Shown here: in pieces, positions 40,823 through 52,526 of the stretch
Numbering within the stretch: position 1 is the first letter of the stretch
Layout: every line of letters starts with the position of its first letter
Origin: Sphyrna mokarran
Taxonomy: Eukaryota
DNA: 64,000 nt
Assembly (NCBI GenBank): GCA_024679065.1
Contig: JAGIQG010000018.1
Location: forward strand, 35,216,001-35,280,000
Direction of reading: 5' to 3'
Notes under the pieces: model-generated
Told to the model about the DNA's origin: nothing
Seen by the model: the letters and a program-made list of their open reading frames with translations, nothing else
The model's database searches: none
Position numbers and translations under genes: made by a program

Positions 40823-41452
40823 TGTTAGAATACGAGATCAGAAACCTTAAGGTATATTGTGAAGTCAGACTAGACCCCAACAATTTGCTATATTAGCATC
40901 GATATGAAGATAAGATCTTTCACTCAGACACAATTTTATTGATGCACTAGGTCAGTTTCAATTCAAGCAATATTCCTCATATAGAGTTAATCCTCTTTAA
41001 AATTAGTTAGCAAAACACAGACATACACGTTTATCTCAGGTTAACAGCCCTAGAATTCCAGAACAGTCTGGAGAGGGAGAGAGAGACATCTGTTTTTTCT
41101 GATAGTCCAAACAGCAACTGCTTATATTTTTAAAACTAAAACTGAAACAGCATTTCTTCCCTGTGAGCTTAACTCCTCTGATTAAGCATAGTATCCTGTC
41201 CCTATCAATCAACCTAATCAAAACTCTGTACTGAAACCCCTGCCAGAGGAGACCCAAGAAAACACAAATTCATTAGCTCAATTTAAAACAAATACTTCAG
41301 GTCTAAAATGAGTATTTATCCCGTTCTTTCATCTACCAATTTAAATGTTTTGCTAGACAAATTGGCACCCTGCAAATCAGATCTGAATTCTAAGCATATT
41401 CTTACAAGAAACATGATATACTTATATTTCTTAAAGGCACAGTATCATCACA
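40823..41452. mobile_element. Solo-LTR-like insertion (~630 bp, TG...CA ends) inside an old L2 fragment
   Basis: Begins tgttag and ends tcaca. Flanks atta/acta could be an imperfect 4-bp TSD. L2-like sequence reads on across the insert. Confidence 0.5.
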
Positions 41453-42150
41453 ACTAGGAACTAATGTAGATCAGTGAACATACAGGGGTGATCATTGGAA
41501 AGAACATGATGCAAGTTTAGGTCACAAGCAGCAGAGCCTCTTGGTTGACCTCAGATTTGCTGTGGGTAGAATGGAGGAGACCAGCATTGAAGTGTTTAAG
41601 TGTAAAGACAACTAAAAGGATGGACAAGTGTTTCAGCAGCAAATGAGCTGAAATGGGACAAAGTTAACCATGTTAAGGAAGTGGAATAGGCAGTCTTAGT
41701 GATGACATGACTATGTCATTGAAAGCTGATGTCAGATCAAACATACAACCAAAGTTGTGGTTTAGGCTCAGGCAGTTGCCGGTGAGGGAGATGGAGTTGA
41801 TAGTCAGGTACCAGTGTTTGGAGTGGAGATTGAAAACAATGTCTTCACGATATCCAATTGGCAGCAATTTTTGTTAATCCAGAACCTGATATTAAGCAGT
41901 TTGATCATTTGAGGACATAGAGGAATTGAGCGATGTAGTGGTGAGATATAGAATTGGTTGTTGTCTGTAATTGACTTTGTAAGCAAATATTAACGATAAC
42001 CTACATGTGAAAATAGGTGATATGTTTTGGATCATGTGGCAAAAGGGAGCAATGTAGGTGAGACATGGCCAGAGGTAATGGTGAGGGAGCAGGAAGAGAA
42101 GGCAAGATTCTCTGACTATGATCAAATAAATGGAACCAAGCATCTAGTCA
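41453..42150 (-). mobile_element. Old L2 LINE fragment (continuous with about 40545-40822)
   Basis: Degenerate RT C-terminal coding on the minus strand (NFGCMFDLT). Confidence 0.6.
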
Positions 42151-42239
42151 TTTAAAATAGAACCCTCCAAATGATTGTGTTTCGCAGTAACATGATTCTT
42201 TTTAATGTGAGATAGAGGTTGACACCATTCTTTTGGTGT

Positions 42240-42436
42240 TGGAGGGCGGAACCTTTGTGCGGTGTGTGAGTTGTGGGAGGGGGTTTGTTGTGGGTGGTTC
42301 GGTAATGGCGGTGCCTGTCATGTTTTGCTGGTCTAGATCTCCAGCTCCGCCTTCCGGGGCCGTGGCTATCAGTGGCTGGGACGCCGTGCATCCAACAGGA
42401 CTCTGAAGAAGCAGAGGGCGGGGGATAGCTGGAGAG
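42240..42436 (+). promoter_or_regulatory. CpG-rich DAGLB promoter/5' UTR
   Basis: Local CpG enrichment, GGGCGG boxes and a CTTCCGG ETS-like site just before the ATG exon. Confidence 0.65.
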
Positions 42437-42531
42437 ATGCCGGGGCTGGTAGCGTTTGGCAGGCGCTGGTCTCTGGGCAGCGATGACTTGGTGTTTCCCG
42501 GGGCCTTCGAGCTGCTGCTGCGGGTTTTGTG
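42437..42531 (+). CDS. DAGLB: Diacylglycerol lipase beta exon 1 ([32 protein letters not shown])
   Basis: Characteristic DAGL N-terminus, 95 nt, TG|gtgagt donor. Confidence 0.95.
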
Positions 42532-43319
42532 GTGAGTACGAGTTCAGCTCCCGGATCCACCAAACCCCGGACCCTTCAGGTGGGGGGGAGCTAGTGCCCC
42601 TTTAAAAGGCTGAAGGCCTCTTTATCCAGCTTAACATGTGACCCGATCTCAGTCTTGAGCAATATATTTAAGTGGATTTTGCTGACTGAGTAACTCTTTC
42701 AATTTGTGTTGTGTTGCTGTGGACAACATCTATTTATTATTCTGGATACGCTGAATGAGGATCATCAATGACCTGATGGTCCTGCTTCATAGCTAACCAA
42801 TCGTAACTCATAACAACGGCAACTTGCTTTTGTATAATACCTTTATGGTAAAATGTCCCAAGGTGTTTTACAGCAAGGTTATGAAGAAAAATAATATTAC
42901 TGAGCCATACGAGGTATTAGGACAGATTACCAAAAGCAAAAGCAAGAGTTGGTTTTAAGTGGGTGATTTTAAATGACGAGGAAGAGGTAAGGCTGTGTAG
43001 AGGTTTAGAGAGGAAATTCCAGAACAGAATTCCAGAAGCTGCCGGTGATATGTCGGTGGAAGTGGCGAGTGAACAAGAAGTAAGTATCCCAAACTACAGT
43101 TTGCTATTTCTGTCTCAAGAATGCAGTTCTTCATTTCAAAAGTAGATGTTGAAGCTTAAATGATCAGCAAAATTTGAATATTTATTAATGATTATGCTAA
43201 CATCTTTCTAAAAACTGGAAAAAAGAACATTGTGACAAACGTATTTTTTTAATGATCTGGCCCTTTCATCAGAAGCATAAATAGCTTTCTGCACCACCTT
43301 CATTTTTTCATGAGTTTCA

Positions 43320-45015
43320 GGCATGATTACAAATCTGGTAGAATTTTTTGAGGAGGTGATGAAAACGGTGGACGAAGGGTGAGCCATTGATGTTGTCTAT
43401 ATGGATTTTAGTAAGTCGTTTGACAAAGTCCCTCATGGGAGGTTAGTCGAGAAGGTCAAGGCAAATGGGATACAAGGACAGGTAGCTAGATGGATAAGCA
43501 ACTGGCTTGGTAATAGGAGACAGAGAGTAATAGTGGAAGGGTGTTTCTCTAGCTAGATGTCAGTCACTAGTGGTGTGCTGCAGGGCTCGGTACTGGGACT
43601 TCTTTTATTTGTAATATATATAAATGACTTGGAAGAGGGAGTAAGTGGAGTGATCAGCAAGTTTGCAGACGATACAAAGATGGCTGGATTTGCAGATAAT
43701 GAGGAGCATTGTCAGGCAATACAGCAGGACATAGGCTGGTAGTTTGGGCAGACAGATGGCAAATGGAATTCAATCCTGATAAGTGTGAGGTGATGCATTT
43801 CGGGAGAAAGAATGTAGGGGGGAGGTATATGATAAAGGGTAGACCTATTAAGAGTATAGAAATGCAGAGGAACCTGGGGGTGCAGGTGAACAAGTCTCTG
43901 AAGGTGGCAGAGCAAGTGGAGAAGGTTGTGAAGAAAGCATATAGTATGTTAGCCTTTATAGGAAGGGTTATAGAGTACAAGAGCTGGCCTTTAATGTTGC
44001 AGTTGTATAAAACGTTGATTAGACCTCATTGGAATACTGCGTCCAGTTCTGGTCGCCTTACTACCGGAAGGACGTGGAGACTCTGGAGAGAGTGCAGAGG
44101 AGGTTTACCAGGATGCTGCCTGGTATGGAAGGTCTGAGTTACAAGGAGAGGTTAGGCAAATTGGGACCGTTTTCCTTAGAAAGACGTAGACTTAGAGGAG
44201 ATCTAATAGAGGTGTACAAGATTATGAGGGGTATAGATAGAGTAAACAGGGTTAAGCTTTTTCCTAGGATGGACTCAAATAGCACGAGGGGTCATGGGCT
44301 TAGGTGAGGGGGGTAAGGTATAATTTGGATGCTAGAGGGAGTTTTTTCACACAGAGGGTGGTGGGGTATGGAATGCGCTGCCAAGTAAAGTGGTGGAGGC
44401 AGGCACTCTGGAGTTATTTAAGAAATACTTAGATGGGCACATGAACAGAATGGGAATGGAGGGTATAGAAAACTGATTTAAAATAGGGATCATGAGCCTT
44501 GGGAGTCCCTGGGAAGTGTATAAATAGATGATAATATTGATGTACTTGTTTTTATCCTACAGGTGCTTTGGTCCACCTTGTTGTCTAACGAGGGGCATAC
44601 ACGCGATGGGTCGTGAGCGGACTGCTCTTGGATCTTTTTCGAGAGTATCCTACTGCTTCACGTCGTTAGTGTATGCTTGACCTGGACCATCTGATGGGCA
44701 ACACGACAGCGCAGTGACTATCGCTGTGCTGTGCAGATACATGGATTTGGGCCTGTGTCTGTGGGAGTTTGCGCATTCTCCCTGTGCTTGCGTGGGTTTT
44801 CTCCGGGAGCTCCGGTTTCCTCCCACATCCCAAAGATGTGCTATTAGGCTAATTGGCAAACAAATTCTCCCTAAATTGTCTCAAATTTGGTTTTTAATCC
44901 ATAGATCTATAAACATGGACAGGGATCGCATGTAGAAGTGGGAACATCGGGGTGGCGGTGCAGGCTCGTTGGGCCGAAGGGCCTGTTCCCCATGCTGTTT
45001 TGTTCTTTGTTCTTT
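43320..45015 (+). mobile_element. CR1 LINE (RT to tail) with SINE-containing 3' UTR, copy D (longest)
   Basis: SGVLQGSVLG, SKFADDTK and EYCVQFWSP peptides, then a spacer, a degenerate tRNA/V-SINE and a (tgttctt)n tail. Possible TSD tgatta. Confidence 0.95.
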
Positions 45016-45139
45016 GATTAGCCCATAACTTCTACACCTTGTTTAGCAGAACTGGGGGTGGGGCAGCACAGTGGTTAGTGCTGCTGCCTCAGCACTAAAG
45101 ACCTGGGTTTGATCCCTAGGTTGGGTCACTGTGCAATTT

Positions 45140-45870
45140 GATTTGATTTATTATTGTCACATTATTAGCATACAGTGAAAAGCATTGTTTCTTGTGTGCT
45201 ATAAGGACAGCATACTGTTCATAGAGAAGGAAACGAGTGCAGAATTCAATGTTACAGTTTTAGCTAGGATGTAGAGAAAGATCAAATTAATGCAAGGTAG
45301 GTCCATTCAAAAGTCTCACGGCAGCAGGGAAGAAGTTGTTCTTGAGTTGGTTGGCTCTTTTGTATCTTTTTTCTGGTGGAAGACGGAATAGCCAGGGTGC
45401 ACGGAGTCCTTAATTATGCTGGCTGCTTTGCCAAGGCAACGAGAAGTGTAGACAGTCAATTGATGGGAGGCTGGTTTGTGTGATAGAACAGGCTACACGC
45501 ATGACCTCTTGTAACTTCTTGCAGTCTTGGGCAGAGCAGGAGCTAAACCGAGTTGTGATACAATCAGAAAGAATGCTTTCTATAGTGCATCTGTAAAAGT
45601 TGGTGAGAGTTGTAGCTGACATGCCAAATTTCCTTAGTCTTCTGAGAAAGTGGGGGCTTTGGTGGGCTTTCTTAACTATAGTGTTGACATGGAGGGGGCC
45701 AGGCCAGGTTGTTGGTGATCTGGGCACTTAAAAACTTGAAGCTCTTAGCCCTCTCTACTTCATCCCTGTTGGTGTAAACAGGGGCATGTTCTCCTATGTG
45801 CTTCCTGAAATCAATGACAATCTCCTTCATTTTCTTGACATTGAGGGAGAGATTATTGTTGCCACATCAG
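45140..45870 (-). mobile_element. Rex1/Babar-type LINE 3' fragment, preceded by a HE1-like SINE head (45060-45135, +)
   Basis: IVKKAHQSPHFLRRLRKFGMS..FYRCTIESIL peptide; (aaatc)n-like tail. Confidence 0.8.
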
Positions 45871-46328
45871 GAAAAAAAACATGAAGGAAACCTAAGACAA
45901 ACAATTTATAAGATATAAAGGGAAAAAAAATTAACTTGGAAATGGTGCAGAACAATAGGAAGTAATTCAAATTTCAAGATTAAATTGATTTGACTTAATA
46001 CAACATAAGCCTGTTGAACTTTAACCTGCTGTTGTGAGATTTCTTACAATTACCATAGATAGTGAACTATTTGACTATTTAAAAAAAAAACTGTGGTGAT
46101 CTCTGGTGATTTAGTTCTATTCAGTCACCCAATAAAGTTCTATGATAAAACATGCATGTAATTGAACAAGTACTCAATTTTGTCCACATTACCTTGAAAT
46201 CATCACTTTGTTCCCACCTTGTTGCAGCAGGCAGGTTTAAAGAAGGTCTAATGTCATTTACTACTAATGTGTCTGCTATACAGACACATTGGGAAGCTGA
46301 CTAACCCCAGTGTTCCTTTGTTTTACAG

Positions 46329-46480
46329 GTGGATTGGAATCCTGTTTTTGTACTTAACTCATAAAGACCAGTTTGATTGTAAAGGAGGGGGATTCCTCCC
46401 GAGTTATCTCACTGTCTTGCTTGTTCTTTTGGCTGCAATTATCTTAGCCCTTTCTGTGATTATTTGTGTCAGTATGCAAG
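46329..46480 (+). CDS. DAGLB: DAGLB exon 2 (WIGILFLYLTHKDQFDC..VSMQ)
   Basis: ttttacag acceptor, gtaact donor, 152 nt, in phase. Confidence 0.95.
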
Positions 46481-46930
46481 GTAACTGTTATTCCTTTTCA
46501 CAAAATAATTGTGCATTTACTGTTTGCTGTATGAGGTTAAATGTAAGATATAAATTATTTTGCATGCATTCACTTTTGGGTGATGAATTTATGGAATGTT
46601 AGCTTGGAAGGGCAATTAAATAAATGTACAAATGAGGTAAGTTTCGGCACAAAGGTTTAAGCACTAGCCAAGAGCACAGGAGGTTTAATCAAAGCCAAAT
46701 AATCTTTTCCCGTAAACATTTTTTGGAAATCAGAAAATTAGAAAGCAGATTGTCTCCTCTGTTAGTGCATTGGCTGGTCAGCAGGGCATTGTATTTTCTG
46801 TTATCCCCAGTATTGGTGAAATGGTGAGTAAAGTCCATCCTCCGTTCAATAGATCATGTGTCTGTGTTAGCAGATCTCAATCATGGCACAGCAGAGGATT
46901 TGAAGTATCCTTCTTTTGTGTGGGTTGCTT

Positions 46931-46934
46931 TTCT

Positions 46935-46974
<40 letters not shown>

Positions 46975-46993
46975 CCCCCCCCCCCCCCCCCCC
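46931..46993 (+). repeat. (TC)n microsatellite plus poly-C
   Basis: Seen directly. Confidence 0.95.
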
Positions 46994-47803
46994 AATACAA
47001 GGTGCCTGTACCTTAACTACTTTGGCCATACAGTAAGGAATTTTCTCTCTGAACTCCTCCAGTTATTCTTTGAAACCTGCTTAATACCTACCCACTTCTG
47101 ACCATCCCTTCTGACTTCTGTTGTGTGTCCCATGTTATGTAGTTACTATATTTCAAAAGTACTTCATTAGCTGTGAAGTGCTTTGGACTGTATAGAAGTT
47201 GTGGAAAGTTCTTTTTAAGTGTAAGCCTTTCTTTCTCCTACTTTAATTTCTTTTTGGTCTTGACACCCTTTTTTAATATTTTAGGATATTTTTAATGTTA
47301 AATATATTATAGAAATGAAAATGATTATTATTGGATTGAAGGAGAGAAAATCCAGCTAAATTTTCTCTCCTGTTTGATATGTAGTGGTAAGAAGTTTTCC
47401 CTGGATGATGCTGTGGGTAATTATGTGAGTGTAGTGTTTTTTCATTGATATTTTTTAATGGGCTTCAACTTCTTGTCAGTTCTGGCTCTGAGTCAGGAAG
47501 TCTGTTGTTCAATCTAAGATGACAGTGCAGAATTCCTGCAATACTATACTGGGAGTATCTCAGAAATGTTATCTTTTGGATGAGGCATGACACTAAGGCC
47601 TGCCTTCCTTTCTGGATGGATGTCAGGTATATAAATGACATTTCCACACACTTTGGAGTGGAAATTCAAACTCCAGAGTCGTTGACCCAGCTGATCATGA
47701 TACCACTGCCAACCTTATCCTCCCATAGGTAAATGATCCCCAGCATGAAAGAAATGCAGAAAATTACTGTACTCATTTCACTCTTGATATTTCTCTTTTG
47801 CAG

Positions 47804-47978
47804 GAACTATTATCAATCCAGGTCCAAGACGATATATCCCAGTTCTGATCTATGTCCGTACCTTCCTTTACTTACCCGAACTCGCCTGGGCCATCTTGGG
47901 TGCTGTTTGGGTCAATGATGAAAGCGAGGGCTGTGCTCCTTCCATTGTTAACACAATTACTATAGCTGTCATTGCTAG
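47804..47978 (+). CDS. DAGLB: DAGLB exon 3 (GTIINPGPRRYIPVLIYVR..PELAWAILGAVW..)
   Basis: tgcag acceptor, gtaaga donor, 175 nt, in phase. Confidence 0.95.
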
Positions 47979-48034
47979 GTAAGAGAATATTTATAACCTG
48001 TTGTAACATTTAGCAAATGCTTTAGTTTTGATTT

Positions 48035-48190
48035 AACAATTCATCTGAAAGAAGACAACTCTGGTGATGCAGCATTCCTTCCTTAGTACTGGACTGGTAA
48101 TGTCAGCTAAGATTTTGTGCTCAAGTCTCCATATTGTGACTTGAACCCATGACTGGCAGGAGTGCCACTCAGTGAGCTGTGGCTGAATGT
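48035..48190 (-). mobile_element. Deu-domain-type tRNA SINE remnant (related copies at about 2430-2500, 21060-21290, 35850-36000, 47480-47640)
   Basis: Reverse complement has gggttcaagtc (B-box-like)..gagacttgagcacaaaatc..gtactaaggaaggaatgctgca..tctttcagatga. Confidence 0.6.
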
Positions 48191-48299
48191 CAGAAATGTG
48201 TAAATAAGGAATGAGTTTGGAATCTAGCAGAATTTTGTTTTTTACAAAAATCAAGTACGAGTGTTTCACACTAATCCTGGAAAAATATCCTTTTCACAG

Positions 48300-48549
48300 C
48301 TGGGTTTTCTTATTCTTCACGATCATTGCTGTCCTCATTTTTTTCGACCCTCTGGGCAGACGCAAGAGATTGAACTTCGTAACAAGCAGAGAGCATAACC
48401 TGGTGAGCAGTGACTCAGTCCAGGCCAAGTCTGTGGCAGCACGAGTATGGGAGTGCAGGTTGAAGCTGTTGTGTTGTTGTGTTACGAAGGATGCAGATAA
48501 CCAGGCTGCCTTTACAAACATCGGGGAGCTCTTTAGTGCCTTTTTTATG
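48300..48549 (+). CDS. DAGLB: DAGLB exon 4 (WVFLFFTIIAVLIFFDPLG..VWECRLKLLCCC..ELFSAFFM)
   Basis: cacag acceptor, gtaagt donor, 250 nt. Confidence 0.95.
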
Positions 48550-49175
48550 GTAAGTTTTTCTTTAAAATCATATTTTTGTATAATGTTTTGTTAAAAGCCT
48601 GTCAAATCTGTACATAGTTTAATGTCACAAGCATTCGCCTTAAGCTTGATATCATAGAATTTTTATGATGCAGAAGAACACCAGTTTGGCCCATTGTCTC
48701 TGCAGTGGCTCTCCAAATGAGCATCATGACTTAATGCCATTCCCCTGCTTTTTCCCTGTATCCCTGCACCTTGGGAGGAAGAAAAAAATTTCGAAGTCAT
48801 CGATGTTCTGGCAAATTGGAGTAATTAATTGGCTAAATACTTAGGTTTGCTGAGCACTGTATTTTAACAACAGCTTACGATTTTAAATCTTAATTAAACT
48901 ATGCACAAGTATTCCCCTTTTATTGTTTTTTCTTTGGACCAGCTAAATATTTTTGTCAGTCTTTAAAAGTTTGCTGAAACATTTTCTGTCAGCTGACAGA
49001 GCTTATATTTGCACTGTAATCTTTGTAGCCTTGTTGTATTTTGGCACTCAAAATCCCTTTTCTATTGGGGAATGTCAGGAATGTATTCTGATAAGTACTC
49101 ACTTGATGTTGTAGATTTTTGGGTAAAATATTTCTATTCATACCTTTTTTGGTTTTTTTTTCTCTTTATGGGCAG

Positions 49176-49301
49176 GACACAGACTTGGTGCCTGGTGATA
49201 TTGCTGCAGGACTGACTCTTCTGCACCAGGAACAGGATAAGAGAGAACAGAGCAAGGATCTGGAGGAGATTACTTGTACTGTCTCCCAACCACAATCTGT
49301 T
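49176..49301 (+). CDS. DAGLB: DAGLB exon 5 ([21 protein letters not shown]..)
   Basis: ggcag acceptor, gtaggt donor, phase 0 on both sides. Confidence 0.92.
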
Positions 49302-49796
49302 GTAGGTTCAGATTCAAGAATTTTAAATCTCATTAGACTGACAGTGATTTTTCATTTCTCAATAAGGAAACCTATTTCTCTTTTTTTTTTTTACAAATTC
49401 TGAAATTAAATTCCCAAACACACAGAAAGTGATTTTTCCTTATGGTTACTACAGTGAGATGACTGATTTCTGCAGGATCAAAGTACAAGAACTTTGGATC
49501 TCACAAATCTTTGACCCTGATCACCAGTGGTAGAGTAAAACAAAACTTACAGCACCACAGCAGACTATTCAACCAACCAGTCCAAGTTGCTGTTTATGCT
49601 CCCGCTCTTGATCTCATTTTATCAACATATCCTTCTGCTGATTCTTCCTGCTGCTTATCTAGTTTCCTTTTAAATGCATCCATCCACCTCAATTACTATA
49701 TATATTCTGCTTTCTAACTGCTGTCATTGTGAAAGTAATATCCCTTTTAAGATCATTTTGATGAAATGTTCCCCCAACAACATTTCCTGGAAGGGA

Positions 49797-51210
49797 ACGT
49801 AGAACATAGAACATTACAGCGCAGAACAGGCCCTTCGGCCCTCGATGTTGCGCCGACCAATTAAGAAAAAGCAATGACCCTCTAACCTAAACCATTCCCT
49901 TTTCATCCATAAACTTATCTACTGACTTCTTAAACGCCCCCAAACTTGGCGCATCTACAACTGCAGCAGGCAGGGCATTCCACACCCTTACCACCCTCTG
50001 GGTAAAGAACCTATCTCTGACATCCATCCTATAACTACCAGCCCTTAATTTAAAGCTATGTCCCCTCGTGCTAGCTTTCTCCATCCTAGGAAAAAGGCTA
50101 TCACTGTCCACCCTATCTAAACCTCTAATCATCTTATATGTTTCAATAAGGTCTCCTCTTAACTGCCTTCTTTCTAACGAAAACAACCTCCAATCCCTCA
50201 GCCTCTCTTCATAAGACCTTCCCTCCATACCAGGCAATATCCTGGTAAACCTCCTCTGTACCCTCTCCAATGCCTCCACATCTTTCTTATAATGCGGGGA
50301 CCAGAACTGCACACAATACTCCAAGTGCGGCCACACGAGAGTTTTGTACAGTTGCAACATGACGTTGCGACTCCGAAATTCAATCCCCCTACCAATAAAA
50401 GCTAAGACTCCATATGCCTTCTTAACAACCTTATCGATTTGACTGCCTACTTTCAGGGATCTATGCACATATACACCAAGATCCCTCTGTTCATCAACAC
50501 TATTCAGAGTCCTACCATTAGCCCTATACTCTACACATTTGTTATTCCTGCCAAAGTGAATTACCTCAAACTTTTCCACATTAAACTCCATTTGCCACCT
50601 CTCGGCCCAGCTCTGCAACTTGTCCAAGTCTCTCTGCAAACTAGAACACCCCTCTTCACTATCTACACTCCTCCGACTTTGGTGTCATCCGCAAATTTAC
50701 TAATCCATCCTCCAATACCCTCATCCAGATCATTTATAAAAATTACAAACAGCAGGGCCCCAAAACAGATCCCTGAGGTACACCACTTGTAACCGAACTC
50801 CATGATGAATAATTTCCATCAACCACCACCCTCTGTCTTCTATCAGCTAGCCAATTTCTGATCCAATTAGCTAAATCACCCTCAATCCCATACATCTGCA
50901 TTTTCTGCAGAAGCCTTCCATGGGGAACCTTATTGAATGCCTTACTAAAGTCCATATAAACCACGTCAACTGCCTTACCCCCATCCACCTCTTTGGTCAC
51001 TTTTTTAAAAAACTCAATAAGGTTAGTAAGGCACGACCTACCCTTCACAAAACCATGCTGACTATCCCCAATCAATTCGTTTCTCTCTAAATAACTATAA
51101 ATCCTATTCCTAATAATTCTCTCCAATACTTTGCCCACAACAGAAGTAAGACTCACCGGTCTATAATTCCCAGGAAAGTCTCTATTCCCCTTCTTGAACA
51201 TCACGTAGAA
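49797..51210 (-). mobile_element. Young 5'-truncated CR1 LINE with nearly intact RT; 8-bp TSD acgtagaa
   Basis: ORFs 50743-51204 and 49887-50639 carry NYRPVSLTS, GVPQGSVLGP and YCVQFWSP, separated by a frameshift. TSD at 49797-49804 and 51203-51210. Confidence 0.97.
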
Positions 51211-51445
51211 GTATCAGCAAAGACCACTGTACAGGAACTAGGCCGCACATAAACTTTATATCATTAAATAGGCTGTCCGGTCATTTGTTGTGAGCTTGCT
51301 GATCAGCATTATCCAGAACAGAAGCAGTTGGTTTTAATTTGTCCCCAACTCTGATGCAGTCTTATGAAATTGACTAGAAAGGATAATTTCTGTTCTTTCT
51401 CTTTAAGTTGTTCGTGTGTTTTGGTATTATCTGTTGTTTTTCCAG

Positions 51446-51579
51446 GTTGAGGAGCTAGATATAGAATTAGAAAATTCTGCCCACTATATGCAGTTTGCTG
51501 TCGCAGCTTATGGATGGCCACTGTACATCTTCAGTCACCCAGTCACTGGCCTGTGCAAGCTGAGCCGTAACTGTATGTG
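51446..51579 (+). CDS. DAGLB: DAGLB exon 6 ([44 protein letters not shown])
   Basis: tccag acceptor. The TG|gtaagt donor gives the phase 2 required by exon 7. Confidence 0.93.
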
Positions 51580-51674
51580 GTAAGTCCTGATCATTAACAG
51601 TGTCTGTAACCTGTTTAGCACATACATTGTGTTACGTATGACTGACGATGGTACTACGTCCAGCGTGGATATTG

Positions 51675-52240
51675 TATCATAAGTTTTCAAACTTAAGATA
51701 ATTGTCTAGTTCCCTTTTGAAAGGCATAGTTGATTCTACCTCCACTGCACTCTGAGGCAGTGCAGTCCAGATTCTAATCATTTGCTGTATAAATAAAAAT
51801 ATTTCCTTCTGTGTCCTATAGTTCTCAATTCTTCCACCAATGAGAACAGCTTTCTCCTTATCTACTTTGTCTAGATCCCTTATGATTTTGAACACTCTAT
51901 CAAGTCTCCTGTCAACTTCCTGTCCTCTAAGGAGAGCAACCAGTTTGCCGCTCTCTCTATGAACTTGCAATCTCATCCCTGAAACCATTCCCGGAAATCT
52001 TTTTTGCAACCTCCAATGCCTTCCTAAAGTGCAATGCCCAAAATTTGACACACTTCTCCAGTTGAGGTAGAATTCAGTTTTCATAAGGACTGATATCACT
52101 TTTAAACTTTATACTGCACTCTATTTATAAAAGCCAGGACCCCATTGTATACCTTATATGCTTCTTCAGTCTGCCCAGCCATCACCAGCAATTTATGCAG
52201 TTATGCCCTGCACTCCTTTGAGAATTATACCCATTCATTT
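51675..52240 (-). mobile_element. Old CR1 3' fragment
   Basis: IRIWTALPQSAVE..FKRELDNYL peptide. Confidence 0.8.
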
Positions 52241-52374
52241 TTAGTCTTCCATGAGGAGGTGTAGGAGCCGAATACAGATCAAAAGTAAGATGATCTTGTG
52301 TAGACAGAGGTCATGATTGGTAAAGGAATCAAAGGTTACAGAGAAAAGTGGGAGAATGGCGCTGAGAAACTTAG

Positions 52375-52526
52375 TAAGAAGTCTCAACACTAGATTAAAG
52401 TCCTCAGCTGACAAAGGAGCAGCTCTGTGAAAACTAATGGCATTTGCTACCAACTATTGGACTTTAACCTGGTGTTATGAGATTTCTTACCGTGTTTATC
52501 CCAGTCCAACACCGACATCTCCACAT
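52375..52526. mobile_element. Second palindromic Penelope-derived element; 14-bp TSD gctgagaaacttag
   Basis: Same termini as 34021-34233 (taagaagtctcaacac../..ggactttaacctggtgtt). TSD at 52361-52374 and 52527-52540. Inserted in a CR1 tail. Confidence 0.75.
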
